Sequence record: OQ378934.1
Reading direction: 5' to 3' (one strand)
Length of the DNA: 64,000 bases
DNA from: Escherichia phage LH2
In this document: positions 17,917 through 26,738 of the stretch, piece by piece
How the letters are laid out: every line of letters begins with the position of its first letter
Position numbering within the stretch: position 1 is the first letter of the stretch
Made by a program: the position numbers and the translations under genes
Notes under the pieces: generated by a model
The model's database searches: none
What the model saw: the letters and a program-made list of their open reading frames with translations, nothing else
Told to the model about the DNA's origin: nothing

Positions 17917-18390
17917 ATGTTATTGACTGGCAAATTATACAAAGAAGAAAAACAGAAATTTTATGATGCACAAAACGGTAAATGCTTAATTTGCCAACGA
18001 GAACTAAATCCTGATGTTCAAGCTAATCATCTTGACCATGACCATGAATTAAATGGACCGAAAGCTGGAAAGGTACGTGGATTGCTCTGTAATCTCTGCA
18101 ATGCTGCAGAAGGTCAAATGAAGCATAAATTTAATCGTTCTGGCTTAAAGGGACAAGGTGTTGATTATCTTGAATGGTTAGAAAATTTACTTGCTTATTT
18201 AAAATCCGATTACACCCAAAATAATATTCACCCTAACTTTGTTGGAGATAAATCAAAGGAATTTTCTCGTTTAGGAAAAGAGGAAATGATGGCTGAGATG
18301 CTTCAAAGAGGATTTGAATATAATGAATCTGACACTAAAACACAATTAATAGCTTCATTCAAGAAGCAGCTTAGAAAGAGTTTAAAATGA
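17917..18390 (+). CDS. 49: Endonuclease VII (Holliday-junction resolvase)
   Basis: 157 aa; MLLTGKLYKEEKQKFYDAQNGKCLICQRELNPDVQANHLDHDHELNG... matches T4 gp49; Zn-binding Cys and HNH-like core. Confidence 0.92.
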   Translation: MLLTGKLYKEEKQKFYDAQNGKCLICQRELNPDVQANHLDHDHELNGPKAGKVRGLLCNLCNAAEGQMKHKFNRSGLKGQGVDYLEWLENLLAYLKSDYTQNNIHPNFVGDKSKEFSRLGKEEMMAEMLQRGFEYNESDTKTQLIASFKKQLRKSLK

Positions 18391-18924
18391 CAATTGAAAA
18401 AGAAATTGAAGGATTGATTCATAAAACTAATAAAGACCTTTTGAACGAGAATGCTAATAAAGATTCTCGTGTTTTTCCAACTCAACGGGACCTTATGGCT
18501 GGTATTGTGTCTAAACACATTGCCAAAAATATGGTTCCGTCTTTTATTATGAAAGCGCATGAAAGCGGAATTATTCACGTGCACGATATTGATTATTCCC
18601 CTGCTCTTCCATTTACTAATTGCTGTTTAGTCGATTTAAAGGGGATGCTTGAGAATGGATTTAAATTAGGCAATGCTCAAATTGAAACGCCTAAATCGAT
18701 CGGTGTTGCTACTGCAATTATGGCACAAATTACTGCACAGGTTGCTTCACATCAGTACGGCGGAACGACTTTTGCTAATGTAGATAAAGTACTTTCTCCT
18801 TATGTTAAACGCACCTATGCAAAACATATTGATGATGCAGAAAAATGGCAAATCGCTGATGCGTTGAATTATGCTCAATCTAAAACAGAAAAAGATGTCT
18901 ATGACGCGTTCCAGGCGTATGAGT
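18387..18924 (+). CDS. nrdD: Anaerobic ribonucleotide reductase NrdD, exon 1
   Basis: Class III RNR N-terminal region; ORF runs into a stop inside the intron; exon ends with U at 18924. Confidence 0.85.
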
Positions 18925-19135
18925 TAATTTAATTCAGGCTCATGTAAAACCGGTCTAAACGGGGAACCTCTCTAGTAGACAATCCCGTGCTAAATGTTCT
19001 TTTGAACTAAATGCCTAACGACTAACCGTGATGAATGTAGCGGTGTAGAATAGAAGCTAATGCTATTCGAAACGGCCGGCATCGAAAGATGAAGATATAG
19101 TCTAATCTGCATGGCGACATGCAGCAGTCATCTTG

Positions 19136-19143
19136 TATAAATA
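19136..19143 (+). promoter_or_regulatory. Late promoter-like TATAAATA inside the intron, upstream of the intron ORF
   Basis: Exact octamer about 30 nt upstream of ATG 19173. Confidence 0.45.
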
Positions 19144-19172
19144 AGATTATCTTATGAATACGAGGTGAAACA

Positions 19173-19943
19173 ATGAAATGGATAAAAAGACGTTGTACTA
19201 AAATAAAAGATAAAGACGCATTTACATACTTAGTTAAGTTTTCTAATGGTGACATTTATATCGGTTATAAAAAATTTAGAACAATTAAAAACAAGCCCAC
19301 AAACTGGAAAACTTACACAACGTCATCTAAGTATATAAATGAACGCTTAAAAACTGATACACCTACTAAATGGATAATTTTAAAAACATTTGATAGTTAT
19401 AAAGATGCATTAAAACATGAAGAAGAGGTCATACGTAAATATTTTTATAGCAAAAAATGTTTAAATAAATCCATAGGCGGTAAAAAGTTTTATAAGCATC
19501 CGGATACTGAAGAACATATTCAAAAATTAAGAGATGCTCATAAGGGTAAAGTGTTATCCGAATCTCATAAAAACAATATAAAATCTTCTGTAGCTGAATA
19601 TTATGCTAAAAACGGAAGATCTAAGGAACATGTGCAAAATAATATCAATAGTCGAAAAAGTAAAAAACAAGTATCGATAAAGCTTAAAAATAAAACTTTT
19701 AGAAGTTTTAAAAAAGCAGCGGAATATTTAAATTGCACTGAAAGTGAAGTCGAAACTCATCCTCTTGTTTTGAGTATTAAGACTACTATTCATAAAGTTC
19801 CTGAATATGTGGTTGTTGACGGTATTAAGTATACGTCTTATATAGAAGCAGCTAAAGCGCTAAATTTTCATCCTAGCACTATAAAAGAACGTTGCATATC
19901 TATGGACTATCCAAATTTTGTTGTTTCATATAAACGGGCATGA
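19173..19943 (+). CDS. Intron-encoded homing-endonuclease-like protein
   Basis: 256 aa, entirely within the intron; degenerate GIY-YIG-like N-terminus (YLVKFSNGDIYIGY) and NUMOD3-like repeats (EEHIQKLRDAHKGK, SESHKNNIKSS). Confidence 0.7.
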   Translation: MKWIKRRCTKIKDKDAFTYLVKFSNGDIYIGYKKFRTIKNKPTNWKTYTTSSKYINERLKTDTPTKWIILKTFDSYKDALKHEEEVIRKYFYSKKCLNKSIGGKKFYKHPDTEEHIQKLRDAHKGKVLSESHKNNIKSSVAEYYAKNGRSKEHVQNNINSRKSKKQVSIKLKNKTFRSFKKAAEYLNCTESEVETHPLVLSIKTTIHKVPEYVVVDGIKYTSYIEAAKALNFHPSTIKERCISMDYPNFVVSYKRA

Positions 19944-19969
19944 ATTTGCGACTCATGCTGAATATAATG

Positions 19970-21249
19970 ATGAAGTAAATACACTTTTCAGCTCTAATGG
20001 ACAAACGCCTTTTGTAACAATTACGTTTGGCACGGGAACTGACTGGACTGAACGAATGATTCAGAAAGCAATTCTGAAAAATCGTATTAAAGGTCTTGGT
20101 CTTGACGGGATAACTCCTATTTTCCCTAAACTTGTTATGTTCGTTGAAGAGGGTGTTAATCTTTATAAAGACGATCCGAACTATGATATTAAGCAGCTTG
20201 CTCTAGAGTGTGCAAGCAAAAGAATGTATCCTGATATTATTTCAGCTAAGAACAATAAAGCTATCACCGGTTCATCTATTCCTGTTTCTCCAATGGGTTG
20301 CCGCAGTTTCTTGAGCGTATGGAAAGATTCGACTGGTAATGAAATTCTTGATGGACGTAATAATCTTGGCGTTGTAACACTGAATCTTCCTCGCATTGCG
20401 CTAGATTCTTATATTGGAACACAGTTCAATGAACAGAAATTTGCCGAATTGTTCAATGAGAGAATGGATTTATGTTTTGAAGCATTGATGTGTAGAATTA
20501 GTTCCTTAAAAGGAGTTAAAGCTACTGTTGCTCCTATTCTTTACCAAGAAGGTGCATTCGGGGTTCGTCTTAAACCTGATGACGATATAATTGAGTTATT
20601 TAAAAACGGTAGAAGTTCAGTGTCCCTAGGATACATTGGTATTCACGAATTGAATATTCTTGTCGGTCGTGATATTGGACAGGAAATTTTAACTAAAATG
20701 AATGCTCGTCTTAAGCAGTGGACCGAAAGAACTGGTTTTGCTTTTAGCTTGTATTCTACTCCTGCTGAAAACCTTTGTTATCGCTTCTGTAAACTTGATA
20801 CCGAAAAATATGGAAGTGTAAAAGATGTTACCGATAAAGGCTGGTACACTAACAGTTTCCATGTTTCAGTAGAAGAAAATATCACTCCGTTTGAAAAGAT
20901 TTCTCGCGAAGCCCCATATCATTTCATTGCGACAGGCGGTCACATTTCTTATGTTGAACTTCCTGATATGAAAAATAACCTAAAAGGTCTTGAGGCTGTA
21001 TGGGATTATGCTGCACAACATTTAGATTATTTTGGTGTTAACATGCCAGTAGATAAATGTTTTACATGCGGAAGTACCCATGAAATGACTCCTACTGAAA
21101 ACGGGTTTGTTTGTTCTATTTGTGGAGAAACTGATCCTAAAAAGATGAACACAATAAGAAGAACATGCGGATATCTTGGAACTCCTAGCGTTGTTCCTTG
21201 GAATTTAGGTAAAATGAAAGAAATGGTAAAACGAGTAAAACATGCATAG
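19970..21249 (+). CDS. nrdD: Anaerobic ribonucleotide reductase NrdD, exon 2
   Basis: Contains the C-terminal glycyl radical motif RRTCGYLG and Cys-rich Zn site CFTCGS...CSICG. Confidence 0.85.
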
Positions 21250-22072
21250 GTATTATATAATTTATAAAATAACAAATATAATTAATTCAAAGGAATATAT
21301 CGGTGCTCATAGCACCGATAATATAAATGATGGTTATATGGGATCAGGAAAATTGATTCATGCTGCTTTATTGAAATATGGCAGAAAAAATTTTTATAAA
21401 GAAATTTTACATGTTTTTGATAATGAAAAACAGATGTATGATAAAGAAGCTGAACTTGTAACTGAAGAGTATTGTCTAAAAGAAAACACATATAATATTA
21501 AACCTGGTGGCAAAGGTGGAACTGCCTATGAACAAACACTTGAACATCGCCGCAAAAATAGTTTAGCAAATAAAGGTAAAAAGAGAACAGCAGAAACTAA
21601 AATAGCTATTTCAAATGCTTTAAAGAACTATAAACGCACACCAGAACATCAAGCAAACATAAATAAAGCTGTAAGAACAGCCATGAAGCGAAAGGATGTT
21701 AGAAGTAAATTAACCGGAGAGCGTTCTGAGAAAGATAAATTATCTATATCAAACGGTGTTAAAAAATATTACAGTTCTTTGAGCGAAGAAGAACGTGAAC
21801 TTCATCGCAAGCGAATTATTGAAGGTAAAAAGAATTCTCCCATGACATTGGAATCCAGACAAAAACTTTCAAAATCTTTAAAAGGACTTCAAGTTGGTTC
21901 AAAAAATCCAATGTATGGAAAAATTTCTCCAACTAGCAAAACCGTTTCAGTTGACGGTATTAAATATGATTCAATTAAAAAATGCTCAAACGCCATAAAA
22001 GTTTCTAGACATCTTATATTAAAACGCTGTAATTCTACTGACGAAGCTTGGAAAAATTGGATATTATTATGA
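21242..22072 (+). CDS. Freestanding GIY-YIG homing endonuclease (Seg-like)
   Basis: YIIYKITNIINSKEYIGAHS...YMGSGKL GIY-YIG module plus NUMOD3 repeats; between nrdD and nrdG. Confidence 0.8.
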   Translation: MHRYYIIYKITNIINSKEYIGAHSTDNINDGYMGSGKLIHAALLKYGRKNFYKEILHVFDNEKQMYDKEAELVTEEYCLKENTYNIKPGGKGGTAYEQTLEHRRKNSLANKGKKRTAETKIAISNALKNYKRTPEHQANINKAVRTAMKRKDVRSKLTGERSEKDKLSISNGVKKYYSSLSEEERELHRKRIIEGKKNSPMTLESRQKLSKSLKGLQVGSKNPMYGKISPTSKTVSVDGIKYDSIKKCSNAIKVSRHLILKRCNSTDEAWKNWILL

Positions 22073-22539
22073 ATTATGACAGAATATACCCGTGTTGCTT
22101 TGTTAACGGTCCTGGGTGCCGAACTGTTCTTTTCGTTACAGGTTGTTTGCATAAATGTGAAGGGTGTTATAATAAATCAACATGGAACGCTAGAAACGGT
22201 GTTCCATTCACTGGTGAAACACTAGAACAATTAATTGAATGTTTGAATAATGATTATATAGAAGGATTAACTATAACTGGAGGAGACCCTCTCTATCCTG
22301 ATAACCGAGATGTTGTTCATTGCATTGTTCAAACAGTAAAAAATCTTTATCCCAATAAAAGCATTTGGTTGTGGACAGGATATAAGTTTGAAGATATTAA
22401 ACAACTAGAAATGCTTAAATATGTTGATGTTATTATTGATGGGAAGTATGAGAAAAATCTTCCGACCAAAAAGCTGTGGCGAGGTTCAGATAATCAGCGA
22501 CTTTGGTCAAATACCGATGGGGTGTGGAAACATGATTAA
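22069..22539 (+). CDS. nrdG: Anaerobic RNR activating protein NrdG (radical SAM)
   Basis: Cys-rich motifs CCFVNGPGC and CLHKCEGCYN; 156 aa. Confidence 0.88.
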   Translation: MNYDRIYPCCFVNGPGCRTVLFVTGCLHKCEGCYNKSTWNARNGVPFTGETLEQLIECLNNDYIEGLTITGGDPLYPDNRDVVHCIVQTVKNLYPNKSIWLWTGYKFEDIKQLEMLKYVDVIIDGKYEKNLPTKKLWRGSDNQRLWSNTDGVWKHD

Positions 22540-22653
22540 ACTGAATTATATTATTGATACTATAAATGATATGATTTTTCATTTTGGTCCAGAATTTTAT
22601 TCGCAGTATAGTTTAGTACTTATCAATGCTTGGTTAATCAATTAAGGGTAAAT

Positions 22654-22869
22654 ATGTATAAATTTCGTAAAGGTTTAGCTGATTTTCTTACAACTGTAAC
22701 GTTCTTTTTGTTTATGGCAGTTGGTGCTATTTTTCTTATTCCTTTTATTGCTATATTTTTCGTGATTAGTTTGATTTCTCCAGAAAAAGGACTATCTTCT
22801 AGCGAGTTCAATGAGCGTCTGGATAAAATTACTAACAAACTGAATGCTGTTCTTGATAAAAAGGCTTAA
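22654..22869 (+). CDS. Small membrane protein
   Basis: Hydrophobic segment FLFMAVGAIFLIPFIAIFFVISLI; start chosen at internal ATG after AAGGG. Confidence 0.45.
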   Translation: MYKFRKGLADFLTTVTFFLFMAVGAIFLIPFIAIFFVISLISPEKGLSSSEFNERLDKITNKLNAVLDKKA

Positions 22870-22871
22870 TT

Positions 22872-23183
22872 ATGATTAGTTTTGAGCGGTATGTGGTAGA
22901 GAGTTGGAAGGGTTTTGATATGTTCGGTAATGACTATTATTTCTATGAATGTAGTCTAAATCCTAGTTTTTGGGCTGGACGAGAACGAGAACTCGAAGAA
23001 ATTAATAACCGTGCTGAATTGTTAGGTGAATTACCTACAGTTTATTTTACTTTTGATGCATCTGGATTTGTTATCCAGGTTTATTTTCCTGAAGAAAATT
23101 CTGGCGATGATTCTGTTAACCCGCCATACTGGGCTTATCAAGGAATTATTTCTCGTGGAACAAAACTCGAACTTAAAGAATAA
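22872..23183 (+). CDS. Hypothetical protein
   Basis: 103-aa ORF. Confidence 0.5.
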   Translation: MISFERYVVESWKGFDMFGNDYYFYECSLNPSFWAGRERELEEINNRAELLGELPTVYFTFDASGFVIQVYFPEENSGDDSVNPPYWAYQGIISRGTKLELKE

Positions 23184-23184
23184 G

Positions 23185-23478
23185 ATTGAAGTCTATGGAA
23201 TTCCAGATGAAGTAGGTCGTTGTCCTGGATGTCAATCAGTTACAAAACTTCTAAAGGAGCTCAATGCTCCTTTTACTTTCTATAAAGTTCTTACAAATAA
23301 TGGTAAGATTGAGTATGATCGCCCACTGATTGTATCTCTTGCTAAACGAGCTGGATTCACATCTCTTAACATTCGTTATCCAGTCATTTTCATCAATGAT
23401 TCTAGACAAAAGAACATTAAACACTTCAAAGAAACTCTCATTTCACTTGGATATGATAGAGATATCATAGAAGACTAA
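23185..23478 (+). CDS. nrdH: Glutaredoxin-like protein (NrdH-like); start codon uncertain (no in-frame ATG/GTG/TTG nearby)
   Basis: KIEVYG...CPGC glutaredoxin N-terminus begins immediately after upstream stop; the only in-frame ATG is 158 nt upstream inside the previous gene. Confidence 0.5.
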   Translation: MEVYGIPDEVGRCPGCQSVTKLLKELNAPFTFYKVLTNNGKIEYDRPLIVSLAKRAGFTSLNIRYPVIFINDSRQKNIKHFKETLISLGYDRDIIED

Positions 23479-23481
23479 GAC

Positions 23482-23505
23482 GGGCCCTCTGGGCCTTTCT
23501 TTTTC
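23482..23505 (+). terminator. Hairpin plus T-rich tract
   Basis: ggccc-tct-gggcc then tttcttttt. Confidence 0.5.
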
Positions 23506-23575
23506 ACATTCTGTATAAGCTATCGTTCCCTTCTTATCATTCCCTAAAATAATTTTCACAAAGTTGTTTACAAGA

Positions 23576-23595
23576 AGTTCAAACTGTGGTATTAT
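23576..23595 (+). promoter_or_regulatory. T4-type early promoter
   Basis: gtttac 23576-23581; tattat 23590-23595. Confidence 0.5.
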
Positions 23596-23625
23596 TAACA
23601 TATGAATTGCCTTTGAGGATTTGAT

Positions 23626-23808
23626 ATGGTTGTGGTTGATAAAGAAATTAAAAAGGGACAATATTATTTTATTAATGGTAATGTTGTTCGTGTTACTTAT
23701 GTAAACGGTTTTGAAGTTTATTATCTTATACTCAAGTTACATAAACAGATGATTTGTGACCGTGCTGTATTTAGTTCAGTTGCTAAGGAAATTAAACTCC
23801 ATGGGTAA
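23626..23808 (+). CDS. Hypothetical protein
   Basis: 60-aa ORF downstream of the promoter. Confidence 0.45.
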   Translation: MVVVDKEIKKGQYYFINGNVVRVTYVNGFEVYYLILKLHKQMICDRAVFSSVAKEIKLHG

Positions 23809-24094
23809 AACGTATCGTCGTAAAGATTTAAAAGTACGTGATTATGACTATTTCGGAAAGCGTAAAGCTCCTGATGGTGTAAGTCATAAAGATATGGTTG
23901 AAAACATTTTTCGCTCAGATAAATGGCGTAGAATGAAAGGCATTGATTCAGAAGTTAAAGATGAGCTAAACCGTCAATTGCGTAGTGAAGTAAGAAAGTT
24001 GAAAAAATCAGTTTACATTGACGATGATTTTGATTACAATACTTCTCAACGAGTTGCTAAGCGTAAATCAAACGAGTGCTATCGTTACAGCTGA
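23801..24094 (+). CDS. Hypothetical basic protein
   Basis: ATG overlapping upstream end; 97 aa, Lys/Arg-rich. Confidence 0.5.
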   Translation: MGKTYRRKDLKVRDYDYFGKRKAPDGVSHKDMVENIFRSDKWRRMKGIDSEVKDELNRQLRSEVRKLKKSVYIDDDFDYNTSQRVAKRKSNECYRYS

Positions 24095-24101
24095 GGAAAA
24101 T

Positions 24102-24302
24102 ATGAATCCTGAATCTAAATTATCGCAACGAATTGCTGAAGCTCGTCGTCAGTTCTTTGAAAATATGATAGCCCAAGGTATTGATGACGAAGTTTTTCTG
24201 AACTGGTTTTGGAATCACAAATATTCAAAATGCGCAGGAGCAATATCAATATCAGCTGCAATGATGTACGAAGGCTGGAAGGGTGCCAAACAGTTTAGCT
24301 AA
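24102..24302 (+). CDS. Hypothetical protein
   Basis: SD GAGGAAAA then ATG 24102; 66 aa. Confidence 0.45.
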   Translation: MNPESKLSQRIAEARRQFFENMIAQGIDDEVFLNWFWNHKYSKCAGAISISAAMMYEGWKGAKQFS

Positions 24303-24320
24303 GGGCTTCGGCCCTTTTTT
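24303..24320 (+). terminator. Intrinsic terminator
   Basis: gggc-ttcg-gccc followed by tttttt. Confidence 0.65.
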
Positions 24321-24355
24321 GGATAATAAAATTTTAACGCAATTGAGGATAATGT

Positions 24356-24682
24356 ATGACTATTCAAATTAAAAACGCCATCAATTCTTATGCATATGAT
24401 AAAGTAGTTTCTCTGCTAGAAAAAGGCGATATTGTAACTCCTCAAATTTTGGATAAATGGGAAAAAGAGCTTCATCAGACGATGAAACAGAATGATCAGA
24501 AGATTGGACGAAATACTGTCCGTGAATTGATGGTTCAATATATCTTGTCAGAATTTGATGTTAAAGCTTTTGGTGTAGAATCTAAAGCTTATCAAAAGCA
24601 TGAAATTTCTGATAAAACTATTCGTCGTATGAAAAATCAACGCAAGAAAAAATTTGCTGACCTGAAAATTACTAAGGCATAA
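24356..24682 (+). CDS. Hypothetical protein
   Basis: 108-aa ORF. Confidence 0.5.
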   Translation: MTIQIKNAINSYAYDKVVSLLEKGDIVTPQILDKWEKELHQTMKQNDQKIGRNTVRELMVQYILSEFDVKAFGVESKAYQKHEISDKTIRRMKNQRKKKFADLKITKA

Positions 24683-24684
24683 TT

Positions 24685-24900
24685 ATGAACGAAGCTCTTA
24701 TTAACGATTTACGTCTTGCCGGATATGAAGTAAATACAAACGGCATTGGTTTAACTCAAATTGAAGGAAACGGATTCATCCTTGAGTATGAATTTAGCCA
24801 ATGGTGGTTATACGCTAATTATGGCGAATTGATTGAATACGTTGACCAATTTGATTCACTAGATGCAGCTCTTGAAGCGGCTAAGTTGATGAATGTATGA
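24685..24900 (+). CDS. Hypothetical protein
   Basis: 71-aa ORF. Confidence 0.5.
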   Translation: MNEALINDLRLAGYEVNTNGIGLTQIEGNGFILEYEFSQWWLYANYGELIEYVDQFDSLDAALEAAKLMNV

Positions 24901-25166
24901 AATTTATTAATATTTCTATTACTATTGAAAATTATGGAATTTTCTATGTTGACCAATACATGAAAATTTCATTTTTCCCAAATAAAACTGGTGTTGGATA
25001 TTGGGAAAGCCATGTTTCTGAATTAACTGGAAGTAAATATTTTAATACCCATAAAAAGTTTTTAGACTTTTTATATCGCGCTGATATTAATGATCATTAC
25101 ATAGATATTCATGAATTTAAAAAGATGATGGAGAAAGTGTTCCAAGCATACTGCTTACTTAGATAA
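24897..25166 (+). CDS. Hypothetical protein
   Basis: 89-aa ORF, ATGA overlap. Confidence 0.45.
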   Translation: MKFINISITIENYGIFYVDQYMKISFFPNKTGVGYWESHVSELTGSKYFNTHKKFLDFLYRADINDHYIDIHEFKKMMEKVFQAYCLLR

Positions 25167-25189
25167 CTGATATCCTCTATGCTTTAAGA

Positions 25190-25215
25190 TAGATCTTCAA
25201 ATATTATGATATAAT
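25190..25215 (+). promoter_or_regulatory. Candidate MotA-dependent middle promoter for gene 55
   Basis: tgcttta at 25190-25196; tataat at 25210-25215. Confidence 0.45.
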
Positions 25216-25244
25216 AGATCTATGAATTGAGCTAAGAGGTGAAA

Positions 25245-25802
25245 ATGTCAGAAACTAAGCCTAAATATAATTACGTAAACAATAAAGAGCTTTTACAAGC
25301 TATTATTGATTGGAAAACAGAATTAGCAAATAATAAAGACCCAAATAAAGTAGTTCGTCAGAATGATACTATCGGATTAGCCATTATGCTTATTGCAGAA
25401 GGCTTATCTAAACGTTTCAACTTTTCAGGATACACCCAATCTTGGAAACAAGAAATGATTGCAGATGGTATAGAAGCTTCTATTAAAGGGCTTCATAATT
25501 TTGATGAAACGAAATATAAAAACCCACATGCATATATAACTCAAGCTTGTTTTAATGCATTCGTCCAACGTATTAAAAAAGAACGTAAGGAAGTTGCAAA
25601 GAAATATAGTTACTTCGTTCACAATGTCTATGACAGTCGTGACGACGATATGGTTGCGTTAGTAGATGAAACTTTTATTCAAGACATCTACGATAAAATG
25701 ACGCATTACGAAGAATCAACCTATAGAACACCGGGGGCTGAAAAGAAAAGTGTTGTAGACGATTCTCCTAGTTTGGATTTTTTATATGAGGCTAACGATT
25801 AA
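25245..25802 (+). CDS. 55: Late-transcription sigma factor gp55
   Basis: 185 aa starting [32 protein letters not shown] as in T4 gp55. Confidence 0.9.
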
Positions 25803-26004
25803 CCTCTCCGGATTCTTGGAAGAAATACCTGAAGTTGAAGCTATTCCCTATTTACTTAAAATGTATCTCAGGGAAGTTTTAGCTCTTGACATTGATATTG
25901 ATCCAGAAAATCCGTATGATACCGCTTTTAAATCTAATGGTGTAGAATTAAACTATCGGTATCATTTAACAGATGATGATTTTTATTTTATATTAGAGAA
26001 ATAA
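25786..26004 (+). CDS. Hypothetical protein
   Basis: 72-aa ORF overlapping the end of 55. Confidence 0.4.
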
Positions 26005-26005
26005 T

Positions 26006-26323
26006 ATGACTGATAAACCCGAAATTAATGATGAAGTGGAAAAGCTTATTTCTTCTATTGAAGAAAAGAACCGTCTTGAAGCAGAAAGAAAAGCAAATAA
26101 GTTATTGTCTAAAAATAAACGCGAACTGAACCGTCTTTATAAACACGCTCAAATTGCAGCTGAAAACAATAATTTTGCTCAATACGAATATGCTATCAAG
26201 AAAAGTCGGGATATTCTAAAACAGCCATATAACGATGAACTCATTAGTATTCTTTGGAAGACTACTAGATCGCAGATTGAGGATATGATTGATGCTTACA
26301 CACGTAAAATTCAAGCGTCTTAA
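26006..26323 (+). CDS. Hypothetical coiled-coil protein
   Basis: 105-aa ORF. Confidence 0.5.
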   Translation: MTDKPEINDEVEKLISSIEEKNRLEAERKANKLLSKNKRELNRLYKHAQIAAENNNFAQYEYAIKKSRDILKQPYNDELISILWKTTRSQIEDMIDAYTRKIQAS

Positions 26324-26495
26324 AATTAATGCAGGATTTACTGAATCTTTGAATGGTCATCTTTGCGTGAAAATTTCTGAAAAAGAATACCACGATAGTT
26401 CAATTAAAGAAGTTAATCCTCCTATTGTAAGAGCAGACCCTAATATGAAAGTGTGGGTTGATTCCTATCAAGTCAAAAAATGGTGGCAACTGTGA
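26292..26495 (+). CDS. Hypothetical protein
   Basis: ATG 26292; overlaps upstream gene by 32 nt. Confidence 0.35.
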   Translation: MLTHVKFKRLKINAGFTESLNGHLCVKISEKEYHDSSIKEVNPPIVRADPNMKVWVDSYQVKKWWQL

Positions 26496-26498
26496 AAG

Positions 26499-26672
26499 AT
26501 GAACACCCAGACTTCTGAAATAGATTATAATAAAATTCGTTCCTCTAAAGTAGAAATGATGAGACGCTTTAAAGAGGCTCACGATAAAGCTAAAGCAGAA
26601 GGAACTATAACGTATAAGCGCATAAAATTTAGAAGCTCTAACGAGCCTTTGTATGGCGTATTATGCGGATAG
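26499..26672 (+). CDS. Hypothetical small protein (57 aa, below ORF-track cutoff)
   Basis: ATG 26499; ends TAG at 26670-26672 inside a hairpin. Confidence 0.4.
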   Translation: MNTQTSEIDYNKIRSSKVEMMRRFKEAHDKAKAEGTITYKRIKFRSSNEPLYGVLCG

Positions 26673-26690
26673 GAGCTTCGGCTCCTATAT

Positions 26691-26714
26691 TGCTTTATAA
26701 ATTTTTGGTAAAAT
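26691..26714 (+). promoter_or_regulatory. Candidate middle promoter upstream of alpha-gt
   Basis: tgcttta 26691-26697; taaaat 26709-26714. Confidence 0.35.
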
Positions 26715-26738
26715 AAACCAAAACAATGAGGATATTAA

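Larger units (their letters stand above)
18925..19969 (+). mobile_element. Group I self-splicing intron in nrdD
   Basis: Conserved group I core (tctaaacggggaacctctctagtagacaatcccgtgctaaat); ends in G at 19969; splicing in frame gives ...QAYEYEVNTLF... and a 605-aa NrdD. Confidence 0.75.

Noticed and set aside
22654-22662. TATAAATT late-promoter-like motif
   Set aside because: One mismatch from TATAAATA and located at the very start of a coding sequence; not counted as a promoter.
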